Part shown: piece by piece, positions 1 through 13,039 of the stretch
Numbering within the stretch: the first letter of the stretch is position 1
How the letters are laid out: every line of letters begins with the position of its first letter
DNA from: Camelus ferus
Taxonomy: Eukaryota
DNA: 64,000 nucleotides
NCBI RefSeq assembly: GCF_009834535.1
Contig: NC_045696.1
Location: forward strand, 59,088,001-59,152,000
Direction of reading: 5' to 3'
Position numbers and translations under genes: made by a program
The notes under the pieces: model-generated
What the model was told of the DNA's origin: nothing
Seen by the model: the letters and a program-made list of their open reading frames with translations, nothing else
The model's database searches: none

Positions 1-1686
1 AGGATATAGGAACAAAGAAGAGATAAAACAAATGAGACATCTAGATGGCAGATTTTAGTCCAACCATACCAATAATTACATTAAATGTAAATGGTCAAAC
101 ATGCCAATTAAAGATTATCATATCAGATTGGATGAAAAAGCAAGACCCAATTATATACTGTCTGTAGAAAGTCCACTTTAAATATAAAGACAGAGATAGG
201 TAAAAATAAAAGGAAAAAAAGGATAAAAATGCAAGCACCAATCAAAAGAAAACTGAAATTGCTCTCTTAATATCATAACAAGTAGATTTCAGAACAAGGA
301 ATATTAGCATGGTTAAAGAGAGTAATTCCATAATGATGGAAAGGTAAATTCACTAACATAACACTCCTAAATGTGTATGCATATGACAATACAGACCCAA
401 AATACAGTATTCAAAAACTCCTAGAACTAAAAGGAGAATTAAGTAAATCTACAATTATACTTGGAGACTTTAACACTCCTCTCTCAGTAATTGATTTTTT
501 AAAAATGTATACAGAAAACAAGTAGGATATAAAAGAACTAAACACCACTATCAACCAACTTCTGAAGTGACATTATACCCAAGAAGGCAGTTTACACATT
601 CTTTTCAAGTGCATACGAAACATTCACCTAGATAAACCATATTCAGGCCAACAAACAGACCTGAATCAATTTTTTAAAAGTGAAATCATGTAGAGATATT
701 ATATGATCATAATGAAATTCAACTGGACGTTAATAACAGGAACATATCTGAAAAACTCCTCAAATATTTGGGGACTAAACAGCACACTTCTAAATAACCC
801 ACAGATCAAAGAGGAAGTCACAGGATATTAAAAATACTTGAAATTGAATTATATGAAAACACAATATATCAAGTTAGGGAGGAAGTAGCTAAGGTTAGGA
901 GGAAATTTAAAGCAACAAATGCTAATATTAGAATAAAAGAAAAGCCTCAAATCAGTGGTCTAAGCTTCCACGTTAGAAAACTAGAAAAAAGAAGAGCAAA
1001 TTAAATCCAAATCAATCAGAATGAAGGAAATAATAAAGATGAAGGCAGAAATCAATGAAATTGAAAAGAGAAAAAAATACTGATGAAATCACAAGTTTGT
1101 TCTTTGAAAAGATCATTAAAATAATGAGCCTGTAGCCAGGCTGATCAGGACAAAAAGAAAAAAATACAAACCATAATTATCAGGAATAATAGAGGGAATA
1201 TTACTACAGATCCCACACACCTTAAAAATGTAAGTAAATATTGTTAATGATTCTATGCCCATAAATTTGACAATTTAGATGAAATAGACAAATTCTGTTA
1301 AAGATACAAACAACCAAAACTCACTCAAGAAGAAATAGATAACCAGAATTAAAGAAATTTTATGAGGCCAGCATTACTTGACATGAAAATTAAAGATATT
1401 ACAAGAAAACTACAGACCAATACTCCTCATGAACATGAACACAAAATCCTCAACAAAATATTAGCAAATCAGATTTACTTATATATACATGTTTGTGTGT
1501 GTATAATTATATAAATATATAAACACATCATTATGTGGGGTTTATCCTAGAAATGTAGGGCTGGTTCAACATTTGAAAATCAATCATTATAATTTGTATC
1601 AACTGACTAAAGAAGAAAAATTATATGATCATTTCACTAGATAAATATCAAAAAATGCACCTGACAAAATTCAATTTCCATTTATG
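1..1686 (+). mobile_element. Old L1 (L1M-type) ORF2 endonuclease/RT fragment, degenerate, with an internal deletion near 1345
   Basis: L1 ORF2 hallmark sequences (ttaaatgtaaatggt, ggagactttaacactcctctctcagtaattga, ggctggttcaacatt). No intact ORF. Confidence 0.9.
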
Positions 1687-2869
1687 GTTCTGAGTAGCTG
1701 CTTTAGTCAGAATGCAAAACACTGCCCTGCTTACAAAATAGGAACAACTCTTTTGAAGGATCCAGAAGTCCTCTCATGAGACAGGTCTCAGGTGATGTTA
1801 GAAGATGGAGTAAGGTGACAGATACACAGCAGAGACTTTAAATATATAATTGTTTCAGATACAGCTGGTTATTTAAGCAGATTTCTAATGAATAAAAGAA
1901 GAGCTTCATTATTATCAGACCTCTGGGCAAAGGCAGCTGCTTCCCATTTGAAGTGGTAAGATTCTTAAAACCACAAGTGTTCAAAATATCCTAGATAGTT
2001 ATCTGTTAGGGATACTGTGAGGAGTCTCCTACCTTAGATGGGCATATGGACTCAATGACATTGAAAGTTCTTTATGGTGCTAAGAAAGAGTAGGGGGAAA
2101 AAATCCATTTGGCTTAACTAATGTTTATTAAGAGTCAGATAAGGGAGTATAAGACTCATACACATTCTAAAAATCATATTGCTTATCTTTATGTAGTTTA
2201 CATTGGTAATTTAGTAGAGATGTGTATTTCTATAATGCACCATGTAAAAACATTTCTTTCTGTATCTCTGCTACCCATACTAAAGTGATAAGATTAGTTC
2301 TTGCCCCTTAACCATTCACTTTCTGTCAGTTCCTTTTTATCTGCTTCCAGACATCTTTTCTTTAAAAAGACCCACAATTAGACCTATTGCTCTTTCCAGC
2401 TACCACCCTATTTCTAGCTTCCTTTCCACTTAAATGTTTTCAATGAGTCATTAACACTTCCTGCCACAATTTCCTTTCCACTCACTCCCTTTTTAACTCC
2501 CTGCAATCAGCTCAGTTCTTTTATGGTCACTTGCATGGTGAAAATGCTGGAGGTTAGGGGGCCGAGAGTATCATCAGAACAACACAGAGTTTGCATTCAA
2601 AGAGCTGATCAGACAAAAATCAACATAAATCCTCCAAACATCCACTCAACAGGGCCTGGAGGAAGGGACTGTATAGGAGAACTGACATTTATTAGGTATC
2701 TTCTAGTACATTGTGTGTCTCCTCTGATGGCCATCAACAATTCTTCCACTCTGATACACTCATGTCACTCCAGTGTCAACTGTGTCCAAAATCACAATAA
2801 ATATAAATGAACCAAATTCACCAGTTAACACATACACACACACACATACAGGTTTGTTTGGTATCCCCG

Positions 2870-3590
2870 AATATCGTGGTGACTATCATGGTGACTCTGT
2901 CATGTACACTTGAAAAGAACATATTTTCTGCCTTGTTAGGTGCAGTGCCAGGTTGGTCAAGTTTGTTGATAGTGTTATTCAGTTCTTCTACATCCTTAAT
3001 TATTTTCTGATATATTTATTTTATCAATCACTGAGAGGAAAAGAGTGCTGAAAAAAATATATGTATATTTACTTATTTATATAGCAGCTCTATGTTTCTT
3101 TCAGGATGAACCTAAAACACACAAAGAGGTTGAAAGAAATGAGTGGAAAATATGTCAGGCAAAAACTATAAGAGTTACAATAGCAAATTAGTATAGGATA
3201 AAATAGACTTCAATGTAATTAATCAGGAAAAAATAATCACTACAAAATGATAAAGAATGAGATAAAGGCGTAGAGGATATCCCAGGCATTGGTTTTAGGA
3301 ACATGGGTCCAGTAACTGCAACCCAAATACAACAGCTCAGAAGCAGGCCAATTCTGCTCAATTTAACTCAATCCCATAATTATTTGTGTGAAAGTTCCCA
3401 AGTTTGTTATGATGGGCAACAAAGCTTGATCTAACAGACACATACAAAACCCTGTATCTGATCATTATAAAATATGCATTATTCTTTTCAAGTACACAGG
3501 AAATATTTTCAAAAATTAACCTGCAAGAGGCCATGATGCATGTTTCAACAAATCCCAAACAATCATATAGTCAGTATCAATAAAAAGATC
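2870..3590. mobile_element. Scattered old L1 fragments in both orientations
   Basis: Antisense endonuclease-region fragment about 2870-3040; sense fragments about 3100-3260 and 3420-3590. Confidence 0.6.
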
Positions 3591-3814
3591 AACTTGTCTG
3601 TTGGTCTTCTCTGCCAACATCTCATCCCTCTGAAAATCCTCTACTCACTGTTGTACTTATATCTTTAGGCAATGTATGTGAAGGTTGTATCCATTCATTC
3701 ACTTACTCAACACATTTTTGTTAAACATTTAAATACCAATCACTGTTCTCAGCACAAAGGATACCTAAGGAAGAAAAGGGCCTGAAAAAAAGAAAGATGC
3801 CTCCAGATTCTTTT

Positions 3815-4860
3815 GGGGGGCTGTACAATGTGATGGTTTGATATATGTACACACTGTGAAAAGATTACCACAATCAAATTAATTGGCACATCCACCACCT
3901 CACATAGTTACTGTGTCTCTGTGTGTGTTTTTGTGTGTGTGAAACACTTAAGATCTAATGTCTTAGCAAATTTCAAGTGTATAGTAGAGTATTATTAACT
4001 ATAATCACCAGTCTGTACATTAGGTCTCCAGAACTTAACTATCTTATAACTGAAAGTTTATATCTTTTGACCAAAATCTCCCCATTTTCCCACCTAGCCC
4101 CCTCCCTACCACCTGCTGGCAACCACCATTCTACTCTCTTGTTCTATGAGCTTAGCTTTTTTTGGTTCCACATATAAATGACATCATAAAGTAAAGGTTT
4201 CCCCACTATTTGAAAGTAGTGCATTCCAATGAGACCTTTTGTAAGTCAAAATGGCATAAAGGCATAAAGCAAAGAAGCAATTACCTTAGAATACATCCTG
4301 CTAATGGAGGCACAAAATAAATTGAGATAAATTTGTTCCTTGTCAAAGATTATTTGACTGTATATGCGTGAGTTTATTTCTGGGCTCTCTATTCTATTGC
4401 ACTGACATATGTGTTTGTTTTTATGCCAGCACCATACTGTTTTGATTACTGAAGCTTTGAAATATAGTTTGAAACCAGGAAATGTGATATTTCCAGCATT
4501 TTTCTTCTTTCTCAAGAGTGCTTTGGCTACTCAGGGTCTTTTGTGATTCCACACAAATTTTAGGATTGTTTGTTCTATTTCTGTGAAAAATTTCATTAGC
4601 ATTTTGGTAGGGATTGCATTGAATTTGTAGATTGCTTTGCATAGTGTGGATGTTTTAACAATATTAATTCTTCCAATCCATGAACACAGGTTATCTTTCT
4701 ATTTACTATGCCTTCAATTTCTTTCATCAATGTGTTATAGTTTTCAGTGTATAGGTCTTTCACCTCCTTGGTTAAATTTATTCATATTTTATTCATTTTG
4801 ATGCTATTGTAAATGGGAATGTTTTCTTAGTTTCTTTTCAGGATAGTTCGTTGTTGGTGC
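3815..4860 (-). mobile_element. L1MA-type element (3' UTR about 3815-4190, ORF2 about 4332-4860)
   Basis: Typical L1MA 3' UTR. The minus ORF at 4246-4515 translates to L1 ORF2-like residues ([24 protein letters not shown]). Confidence 0.9.
4194..4331 (+). mobile_element. Tigger-like (TcMar) DNA transposon end fragment
   Basis: Follows a TA dinucleotide. Sequence aggtttccccactatttgaaagtagtgcattccaatgagaccttttgtaag resembles artiodactyl Tigger termini as recalled. Confidence 0.55.
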
Positions 4861-5726
4861 CTCCGGCTTCTGACACATGTTTTAATGAAGACTAGTTCCT
4901 TCCACAGGGAGGCAACCCTTTCCAAAGGCCACATCAATCCAGAGAAAAAAACCAAAACAAAAGTCCCACAGCAAGAGACAGGAAGGAAGGGAAGCTATTC
5001 AAACTCCCTGCCCCTCTCCTCCATAGTACACAATAGCTGAGTCCTCTGCTGGAGAATCACAGCTCCAAAAGAAACTCTCTGACCTGGTGTTTTCTGGTTT
5101 TTAAGCCTCTGTTTGAGCACTGTCACTATGGCGACAAGTCTGGGATGCTCTGCTCTAAGTGAGGAAGCTTATCCCTTCAAATATGCTCCTTGAGTTAGCA
5201 ACAAAGGGATTCACTGAACCTCAACTAATCTCATATTCTCCTAGAAGACCTCTCTCAAGAGGCACTTTTCCCCCCTTGCCCTCACAAACCTCCCAGGTTT
5301 ACACTGTTCAGCCAACAACCACATTTATATAGAGATTTACAGTTTTCTTTCACCTACATCACCTCAATCAAGCCTCAGGGAGTCCTCTTCAGTCACATGA
5401 GCCTCTTCTACAACAACTAAACAAAGACAAAGGGAGGCCTTTGGTTTTAGGGAGGCCTCCCCTCAAAGGCTAGCAGACATGGGCTCTGCAGCTCAGATAC
5501 GAGAGAGGGAGGAGGGGTAGGAGGGCAAGGAGCTTACCCGCATGACTTCTTTTCCAGAGGGAAGAATCTGCAGTGGCTTGTAGCTCTAACAGTCCTGATG
5601 CTCACTCCCCTGAAGCTCTTCTCAGCCTGCTCCAGGCTGTAGTTCTGCCTTGGCTCTGCCTTGGCTCAGAGGGGTCTTCCTTAATTATGAGTTCTTAGAG
5701 TCAGCCCTGGCTACCTATAACACAGG

Positions 5727-6775
5727 TGTAAAGGGAAAATTCTCCTTTGTTTTTCTCTACTCTATGATGACACTCTACTTCACTTCTGGTTACCAAATGT
5801 GTATAGGTTTGCCCCTCACCAAGCAACTCTCTGCAACACTGGCTAAGTGTCCTACAATTTAACTCAATTCTGGTGCTATCTACCTGGAGATAGCATCAGA
5901 TCCCACAGACTGCCTCCACTTCAGATGCCAACTGCAAGTCTAGGTTGTTACCAGCACTTCTGACTAACCAGCTATAAATCAGAGGTTCCCACAGCCCTCT
6001 CCTTGAGTTTGATCATTTGCTAGGACAGCTCACAGAACTCAAGAACACAGTTTTCTGGGGGGAGGGTATAGCTCAAGTGGTAGAGTGCATGCTTACCATG
6101 CATGAGGTCCTGGGTTCAATCCCCATACCTTCTCTAAAAATAAATAAATCTAATTATCTGCCCCCAAAAGAAAACAGTTTACTTACTAGATTAATGATTT
6201 ATTACAATGGATACTAAAGAAAATAAATGAAAGCCAGATGAAGAGATACATAGTGTAAGGTCCAGAAGAATCCCAAGCATAGGAGCTTCTGTCTGATGGA
6301 GTCTCGGGTGCACTATCCTCCTGGCATATGGATGCATTCTTGGTCACCAGTCCAGAAGCTCCCCAAACACCATTCTTTTGGGGTTTCATGGGGGCTTCCT
6401 ATCAGAGGCATGACTGATTACCTCATTGGCCATTGGTAATTAAGTGAATCTCCAGCCTTTCTCCTCTCCCCAGAGGTTAGGAGGTGGAATTCAAAGTTCC
6501 AACTCTCTAACCACCTTGTTGGTTCTGCTGACAACCAGCCCTTGTCCTACAGTTTTCCAGGGGTGTTCCAAAAATCACCTCGTTAATATAAACTCAGTAG
6601 TTGAAAGAGGCTTGTCATGAATAACAAAAACCAGTCGTTTCATCTTTATGCTCTAGAGCTATTTTAGGAGTTAGGAACAAAAGATTCCCATAGAGCTCTT
6701 ATCATTTAAGAAATTACAAAGATTTTAAGAGCTAGTTCAGGAAACATGACAAATTAATTATATCACAATATCACA
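5727..6775 (-). mobile_element. MER21-family solo LTR
   Basis: TG...CA ends (tgtaaagg ... atatcacaatatcaca), MER21-like body, 5-bp TSD acagg/atagg. Confidence 0.8.
6057..6167 (+). mobile_element. tRNA-derived SINE (camelid Vic-1 type) nested in the MER21 LTR
   Basis: A box tagctcaagtgg, B box ggttcaatcc, AT-rich tail. TSD aagaacacagttttct (6041-6056) / aagaaaacagtttact (6168-6183). Confidence 0.9.
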
Positions 6776-7409
6776 ATAGGCCTACCTCTAAAGCTGTTAC
6801 CTCATCTGTAAGATGGGGGCAATTACATCTATTCAGAGGGTTTTGATAAGGATAGAGGACACAGACACATTCTACAGCTCTTAGTTCCCTCCCATCCCAG
6901 ACCACTCTGCCCTCAGGGGGTAGGCTCTCTCTAATCCTAAAAGGTTCATAACAAAGAGACAAAATGATGTACCAACCTCACCTTGACCTCTCCGGCTTCA
7001 GTGTCTTTGGTCATCTAAACCATTTCTCGGTGATATGTAATTCTTTTCCTCCAGTTTTCAAAACAAACAAATAAAGGAGGTTGTTCAACCCCATTTGTCT
7101 TTATTATGAGAGGCAATGAGGTGAAAATAAAGATCATTTAGGAGGCAAAACTTCTGGGTTCCCATCCTCCCTGCTCACTGAGTTCCTCAGCTTCTCTGGC
7201 CTCCAAGAATTTCTTCTGCAATAATTCCCCTGCCTTACCTCCCAGAGGAAAGGAGTTGGATAGGGTGTTCCCTCAGGGCCCCTTCCCGCTCTAAGAGTTC
7301 CAAATCCTAGGGGAGTACCAAACATGAAATGGGAATAAATCTGACCTTACAAAGAGACTGGTCATGTCCTCTAGGAGTGTACTAATGTATTCTAAAATCC
7401 ACCCCCACT

Positions 7410-9655
7410 TCTTAAAATAAACATTCCATTTGGGAATAATTTTAGACTTTTAGAAAAGCTGCTAAGATGATGCAGAGAGTTCCTTTAACCAATTTCCCTT
7501 AATGTTAATATCTTACACTACCATGGTACATTTGTCAGAACTACAAAACCCATATTGGTACATTACTATTTACTAAATTCCAGACTTTATTTGGATTTCA
7601 CCAGTTTTTCCACTAATGTCATTTTTCTGTTCCTGGATCCAATACAAGAAAGCTCATTGCATTTAGGATAAAACATCTTTTAAATGGTGAAAGATTTCCA
7701 ACATAGAGAAAAACAGATCTTTAATAAAAAGAACATCAGATACATTTGAAGCTCTTTGTGAGCCCTCTCTTCCCATTTTCAAACCCTTTCCTTTCTCCCT
7801 GGAGATAACCACCATCACAAAGTCATTGCTTATCATTCCCAGGCATGTTCACATGGGTTCCTAAAAAGACAATGTAAGTATAAGCACTATGTAATATTGT
7901 TTTCCAGGTTTTAAAATTTATATAAATATTATTCTTTTCATATCCTTCCGTAACTTGCTTCTTTCATTCAACACTGTTTTTGCCATCCATTAAGAAGTAC
8001 AGAGATAATTTTTTCACTTCTGTACACTTTATGTATAGTATTTCATTCTATGAAATAGTGATACACCAACATCATTCTCCTATTGATGGATATTTAGATA
8101 GTTTCCTATTTTTTTGCTGCAGTAAACATTTTAATGTATGTTTGCTGATGTACGTAAGATTCTCCATCTAGGACTAGAATTTCTGGGTTTAAAGATGTAA
8201 CCAAATTGATTTTTAAAGCTGTTGTATTGATCTAAACTCCTTTCAGAAGTGAATGAGTCTATTGCTCCACATCCTATTCATACTTGGAAATGCATTTATT
8301 TTATAAATTAATTTGGAAAGAATTGGCATCTTTATAAAAATCTTCCAGTTCATGAACACAGCCTTTTTCTCCATTTATTAAGGCTCTTTTTTTCTTTTCA
8401 ATATTGCAATTTCTCTAAAAATATTCTTGTACATTTTTTGGCCAGGAGTATGCCTATCTTGAGGCTTTTATTACTATTGAAAATGAGATCCTTTATCTAT
8501 GAATTTTTCTAATTGGTTATTACTTATCAGTAAGATTTTTATGAGATTTTGTGTCTAGGGAAATTGGCAAGCTCTTACTATATATTTTCCAGTTAAAAAC
8601 CTCAAGAAAATCATACTGTATGCAAATAAGGACATATCATCTTTCTTTCCAACATTCATATCATTTTTCTTATTGCATTGTCTAGCATCACCTGTATAAT
8701 GCTGAATATAAATGGTGAGAAAAGACATCTTCATCTTTTTCATACTTTACTGAAAAGGAGCCTAGAGTCTTATTGTTAACGATAGTTTTTGCTGTGATAT
8801 TTTGATAGATGCTCTTTATCAAGTTAAAAAAATTGCCTTCTAAGTTTCCTGAAAAGTCTATTCAATCATGTATAAGCACTAAATTCTGACAACTTCTTTT
8901 TCTGTATCTTATAGATTACTGGTGTTATTAACCTGTTAATGTGTTTTATTACCTTAACATATTTTCTGATGTTGGATCATTCTTAATGTCTTACATAAAT
9001 TCTACTTAGAATGTAAATATTTGAAATAGATTTGTAAATATTTCATTAGCATCTATGTTTATAAATTGGATTGGTCTGTAATTTTCCTTTCTTGTATTCT
9101 TCTTTTTTAGTTTAGGTATTTGGGTTATATTATCATTGTAAAAGTAAGTAACTTTTCTTAATTTTATATTCTCTTGAACAGTTTATTACCATTATTTTAT
9201 CTATTTCTTGGAAGTTGGATACAGTACATATATAAACCACCTAAGCCTGATATCCTGGGGAGAGGAAGTCTTGGTCATCAGTTTAGGTTCTTCAGTGATT
9301 GTGCTACTTTACTGGAATTTTCTATATTTTTGACATAGTTTTGGCAAATTATATTTACCTAGAAAACTATGTCTTCTCCCAATCCAAATTTTAGCATAAA
9401 ATTCTTCAGAATATGATCTTATGAAATGTATTATCTATTACAAATATGTAGTTATAGTTCCCCTTCTTTCAAAATATTATTTGTGGCTCTTTTTTTGAAA
9501 AAAAAAAAACTTAACTAAGGATTTATCTATTTTATAACTTTTTTTGATTCTCCAAATTGCTTTTTATTTCATTTTGTTTATCCCCCTATCTTTGTTTCCT
9601 TACTTCTACTTGTCTAAGGGCTTATTTTGTTCCTCATCTAGCTTCTTGAGATGGA
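7410..9655 (-). mobile_element. Old L1 fragments (L1MB/MC-type 3' end about 7410-7670, followed by L1ME-type)
   Basis: T-rich antisense L1 3' UTR and ORF2 motifs. Confidence 0.75.
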
Positions 9656-9659
9656 CATG

Positions 9660-10960
9660 TATAGAAATATAATAGTTGCCTACACAATATTTATTCTCCC
9701 TTTGTTCCTTATTAACATAGCCCCTGTTTAGTTTGGGAAAGCAATATGCCAAGCAAAAAAATAAATAAATAAACAAATTATATTTTTCAGACTCCCTTAT
9801 AGATAGGAAATGCCGTAAGACACAGTTCTTACCAATGACGTATAAGTAGAAGTTACTGGGTAGGGCTTCCCAGAAAGCTCTTTGATTAAAGACGGCTGAC
9901 TCAGCTGGTACATGTCTCTTTTATAACTATCCCTTTTTCCCCCATCTTGTCTGGAGTGTGGATACAAAACTGGAAGTAAAGCAGCCATCTTACAATCATG
10001 TGGCAGCAAGCATGACTATGAAAATGAAGTTTAGATGAATCAAAAGTCAGGAGGGCCTGGGGCCATGATACCATCGTGGAACCTCCACATCTGCTTTGGA
10101 CTGTCTACCTCCAAGTGAAACTGAGTCCCCCTAAAATCAAGTTCCTCTGCCGTGTTCATGATTAAGCTCCCTGTCCAAAAATTTATTTCCCTTTTTGTCT
10201 CACACCTGTTTCCCTCAGGATTGAGAAGTATCAAAGAAAAGGGGGAGTTGAAACTGAGCAGGCCCTCCAGGGTACAAAAGCCTTGCTGTGTCCCCCATTT
10301 TTTGTTTGTAGAAAACAGCCTTGGTCTCCTAGGACTTCCCTGAGTTCTAAAGAGCAGAATTCAAACAGTTGCTGATTAGGGACTTGAGGGAATGCAGAAA
10401 CAAAGGAGAAGCAGTCAAGAAACTATAGTTCAGTTAAAAAAAGTAGAGTCCTGGTTCCTCCTCAAGGGATATACATAATAATCTGACACATATCTTTGAG
10501 TTGTTCTACAGGAACTAAGATCCCCACCCAGGTGGAGAATGGTAACTACACGTTGACCACAAGCACGTAGAGCCCAGGCTGGCTGGAACCAGAAGGCTAA
10601 TGATTAAGATACCTGAAACACCACTCTGTTACCTCACCACCAACCAATGAGAAGAAAGTCATGCTCCCTGCAACCCTTAGCCCAAATGTTGCCTTTAAAA
10701 ACCTACACCCCAGTCAGCCAGGAAGATAGATCTGAGACAAACCTACATTTCCCATCTTCTTGGTCGGTGCCCTCTCAATCAATAAACTTTTCTCTGCTCC
10801 AAGCTCCGACGTTTCAGTTTGTTTGGCCTCAGGGTATGTTGGCATATGAACTTGAGTTTGACAACACAAACTTCTTGTTACGTGACAAATGTTAAACCTC
10901 TAGGTCATTTAACCCATGACCATTTAGATTCTCTTTTATATCCAGCCAAATGTCATATAA
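9660..10960 (+). mobile_element. Old MLT1 (MaLR) LTR, split by an ERV LTR insertion
   Basis: MLT1 motifs (gcagccatcttacaatcatg; ggactgtctacctc...cttcttgttacgtga) continue on both sides of the insertion. Confidence 0.7.
10116..10866 (+). mobile_element. ERV1-like solo LTR
   Basis: TG...CA termini, TATA-like tttaaaaa near 10695, AATAAA at 10781, 4-bp TSD caag/caaa. Confidence 0.75.
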
Positions 10961-11129
10961 AATAATACAATATTCAACTTATTTTTCATATTTTAAATGT
11001 TTAATAAACGCATTTAAGGTCATAAACTTTCCTGTAAGAAATGCTTTCTTGACTAAACTTAAAAATCAATTGTGCTGGCCCAGATTAGAAACACCACCTA
11101 ACCAACCCCAAAAGTAGTGGTATTAATGA

Positions 11130-13037
11130 AAATGGCCATGGTTTAGGTTCCTAAATTTTGGAGTGGTTTGTTATGCAGCACAAGCTAACTAATACAGAAG
11201 TTGGTTTCAAGAGTTGGGTACTGCCATAACAAAACCCTAAAACATGTGGCATTGGTTTTGGAATAGGAGAGTGACGAGAAAATCAGTAAGGAAACAGCTT
11301 GCAAAGGCTCAAATGGGAAAAACAAAATCAAAAAACAAAAAAACCTGGCTATAACCAATTTGGAAAACAATGACTCATACTATGTAGAGACAGAACAACT
11401 GGTAAAACCTAAGCTTGCAGTAACTTGAGAGGAAAAATGAACCTAATGAACTTTCAGTTATAGCTAAGAAGATCTCCAGAGAGAAACTGGAAAGTGCCAT
11501 TGGGTGCTCTTAACTGCATGTGATAAAGTATGGCAAGACAGAGATGCACTAAAGAAGGAAATGTTTGGTTTGCAGCCAGAATTTAGATGGAATACAGAGG
11601 GCCTGGGACCTGCTGTGTTGGGAAATAAAACTCTCTCTCATCTCTGTCTCCCCATATTTGAACAGTCTTCAAGTGAAAGATTCTCAAAGTAAAAGGAGAC
11701 CTTGGGATAAAGAGAAAATCAAGGGTATGACTATTTGTTAAAGCCTCTGAAGGATTTAAGAAAGTGCCTAGTGTACTTTCTCAGCTAGACAAAAAGGCAT
11801 GACAGAAGCCTAATCCCAATCACAGTGAATAAATTTAGAGAAAAAATAATTGTGGGTATAGCTTTTGGTGAATGAAGTAGACTATAATGTTACACAAAAA
11901 AACCCAAAATGTTAACAACAAACAAACAAAAACAAAACAAAAAACATGCCAGCAAAAGCACCACCTGCTTGAACTAGAGGGACTAAGATCAGTGAAATTA
12001 AAAAGAGGTCCCTAGGCTCTCAATTACTTATGGGCAGGATCCCAGATGAGACAGCTATTAAACTGTTAACATGGCTATTTCTTATGGAAATAAAGGGACA
12101 GTTTCTCAAGGTGGAGAACCAAAGGACTAGAGAATGGAGTTAAGAGCCTTGGACTGGGAGGACACTCCCAAGAAGCAGAACTGAGCCCTAATTAAGGGCT
12201 ATTCTTTGCCCTGGAGTAGGGCAACCAGGCAACATTTGCCCAGCGGGAATTTTAGACCAGTGATTGCTACATGTCTCCTGATCCTCCTGCTTTTGCATGG
12301 AAACATCTATTCTGTTAACCTGCCTGTCTCACCATTGTACATCGAGTGTGTAGGGAGCAGGTGACGTCATTTTTAATTCACAAATCTCTGAATCAAGAGG
12401 AGCCTTACTCAAGGAGCCATATCCATCCTGATATGGTAAGATCATAAGTAGGATGAGACAGAAAGTCCTAAAATGAGGATTAGCAAACTCTGCATGTGGG
12501 AGAAATGTGAATAATCTGTGACCAAGGAGCAGACTGTGGTAGATTCTAAAAGCAGCCATAAATTCTTTTCCTCCTACCAGGGAGGAAAAGGGAGAGTCTA
12601 TTTCTCCATCCCTTGAAGCTGGACGTGGGCACGTGACTTATTGTGCCTAACAGGACATTAGTGAATGTTATACAAGCAGAAGCTTAAAAAGTGCTGTTTA
12701 CACATGGAGGCTCGCTCTCTGGCTGCATTTGGAAACCTGCGCTACAATGTGAACAGCCTCAGCAGACAATCTGGAAGATGAGAGGCTATTTGGAAGAGGA
12801 CTAAGGCATCCCAGCAGGCAGGCAGTCAACTTCTAGAGACGAGTAAAGTTATTCCAGATCCTCTGGCCAGCCACCAGCCCATCACAGAAGTATGTGACAG
12901 TCAAGATCAGCTGAACTGGCCCAGATTTTAAAAACTGCTCAGCTACCCCAAAGATTCTAGAGCTACATCAGATGGTGTTTCTTTGAAGCCATTACGTTTT
13001 GCAGTGGTTTGTTATGCAGCAAAACTCAACTGATACA
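11130..13037 (+). mobile_element. MaLR (MLT1) provirus remnant: partial 5' LTR to 11195, internal region 11196-12534, 3' LTR 12535-13037
   Basis: Two copies of the LTR end gtggtttgttatgcagca...aact(a/g)ataca. MaLR-internal start (gccataacaaaaccctaaaacatgtggcattgg). Purine-rich tract before the 3' LTR. Confidence 0.8.
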
Positions 13038-13039
13038 AT

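Noticed and set aside
4246..4642. ORFs resembling L1 ORF2
   Set aside because: Frameshifted remnants of a dead L1, not a host gene.
6057..6135. Possible tRNA gene
   Set aside because: It has a SINE tail, a TSD and several diverged copies, and lacks a proper acceptor stem and T-run terminator. It is a SINE.
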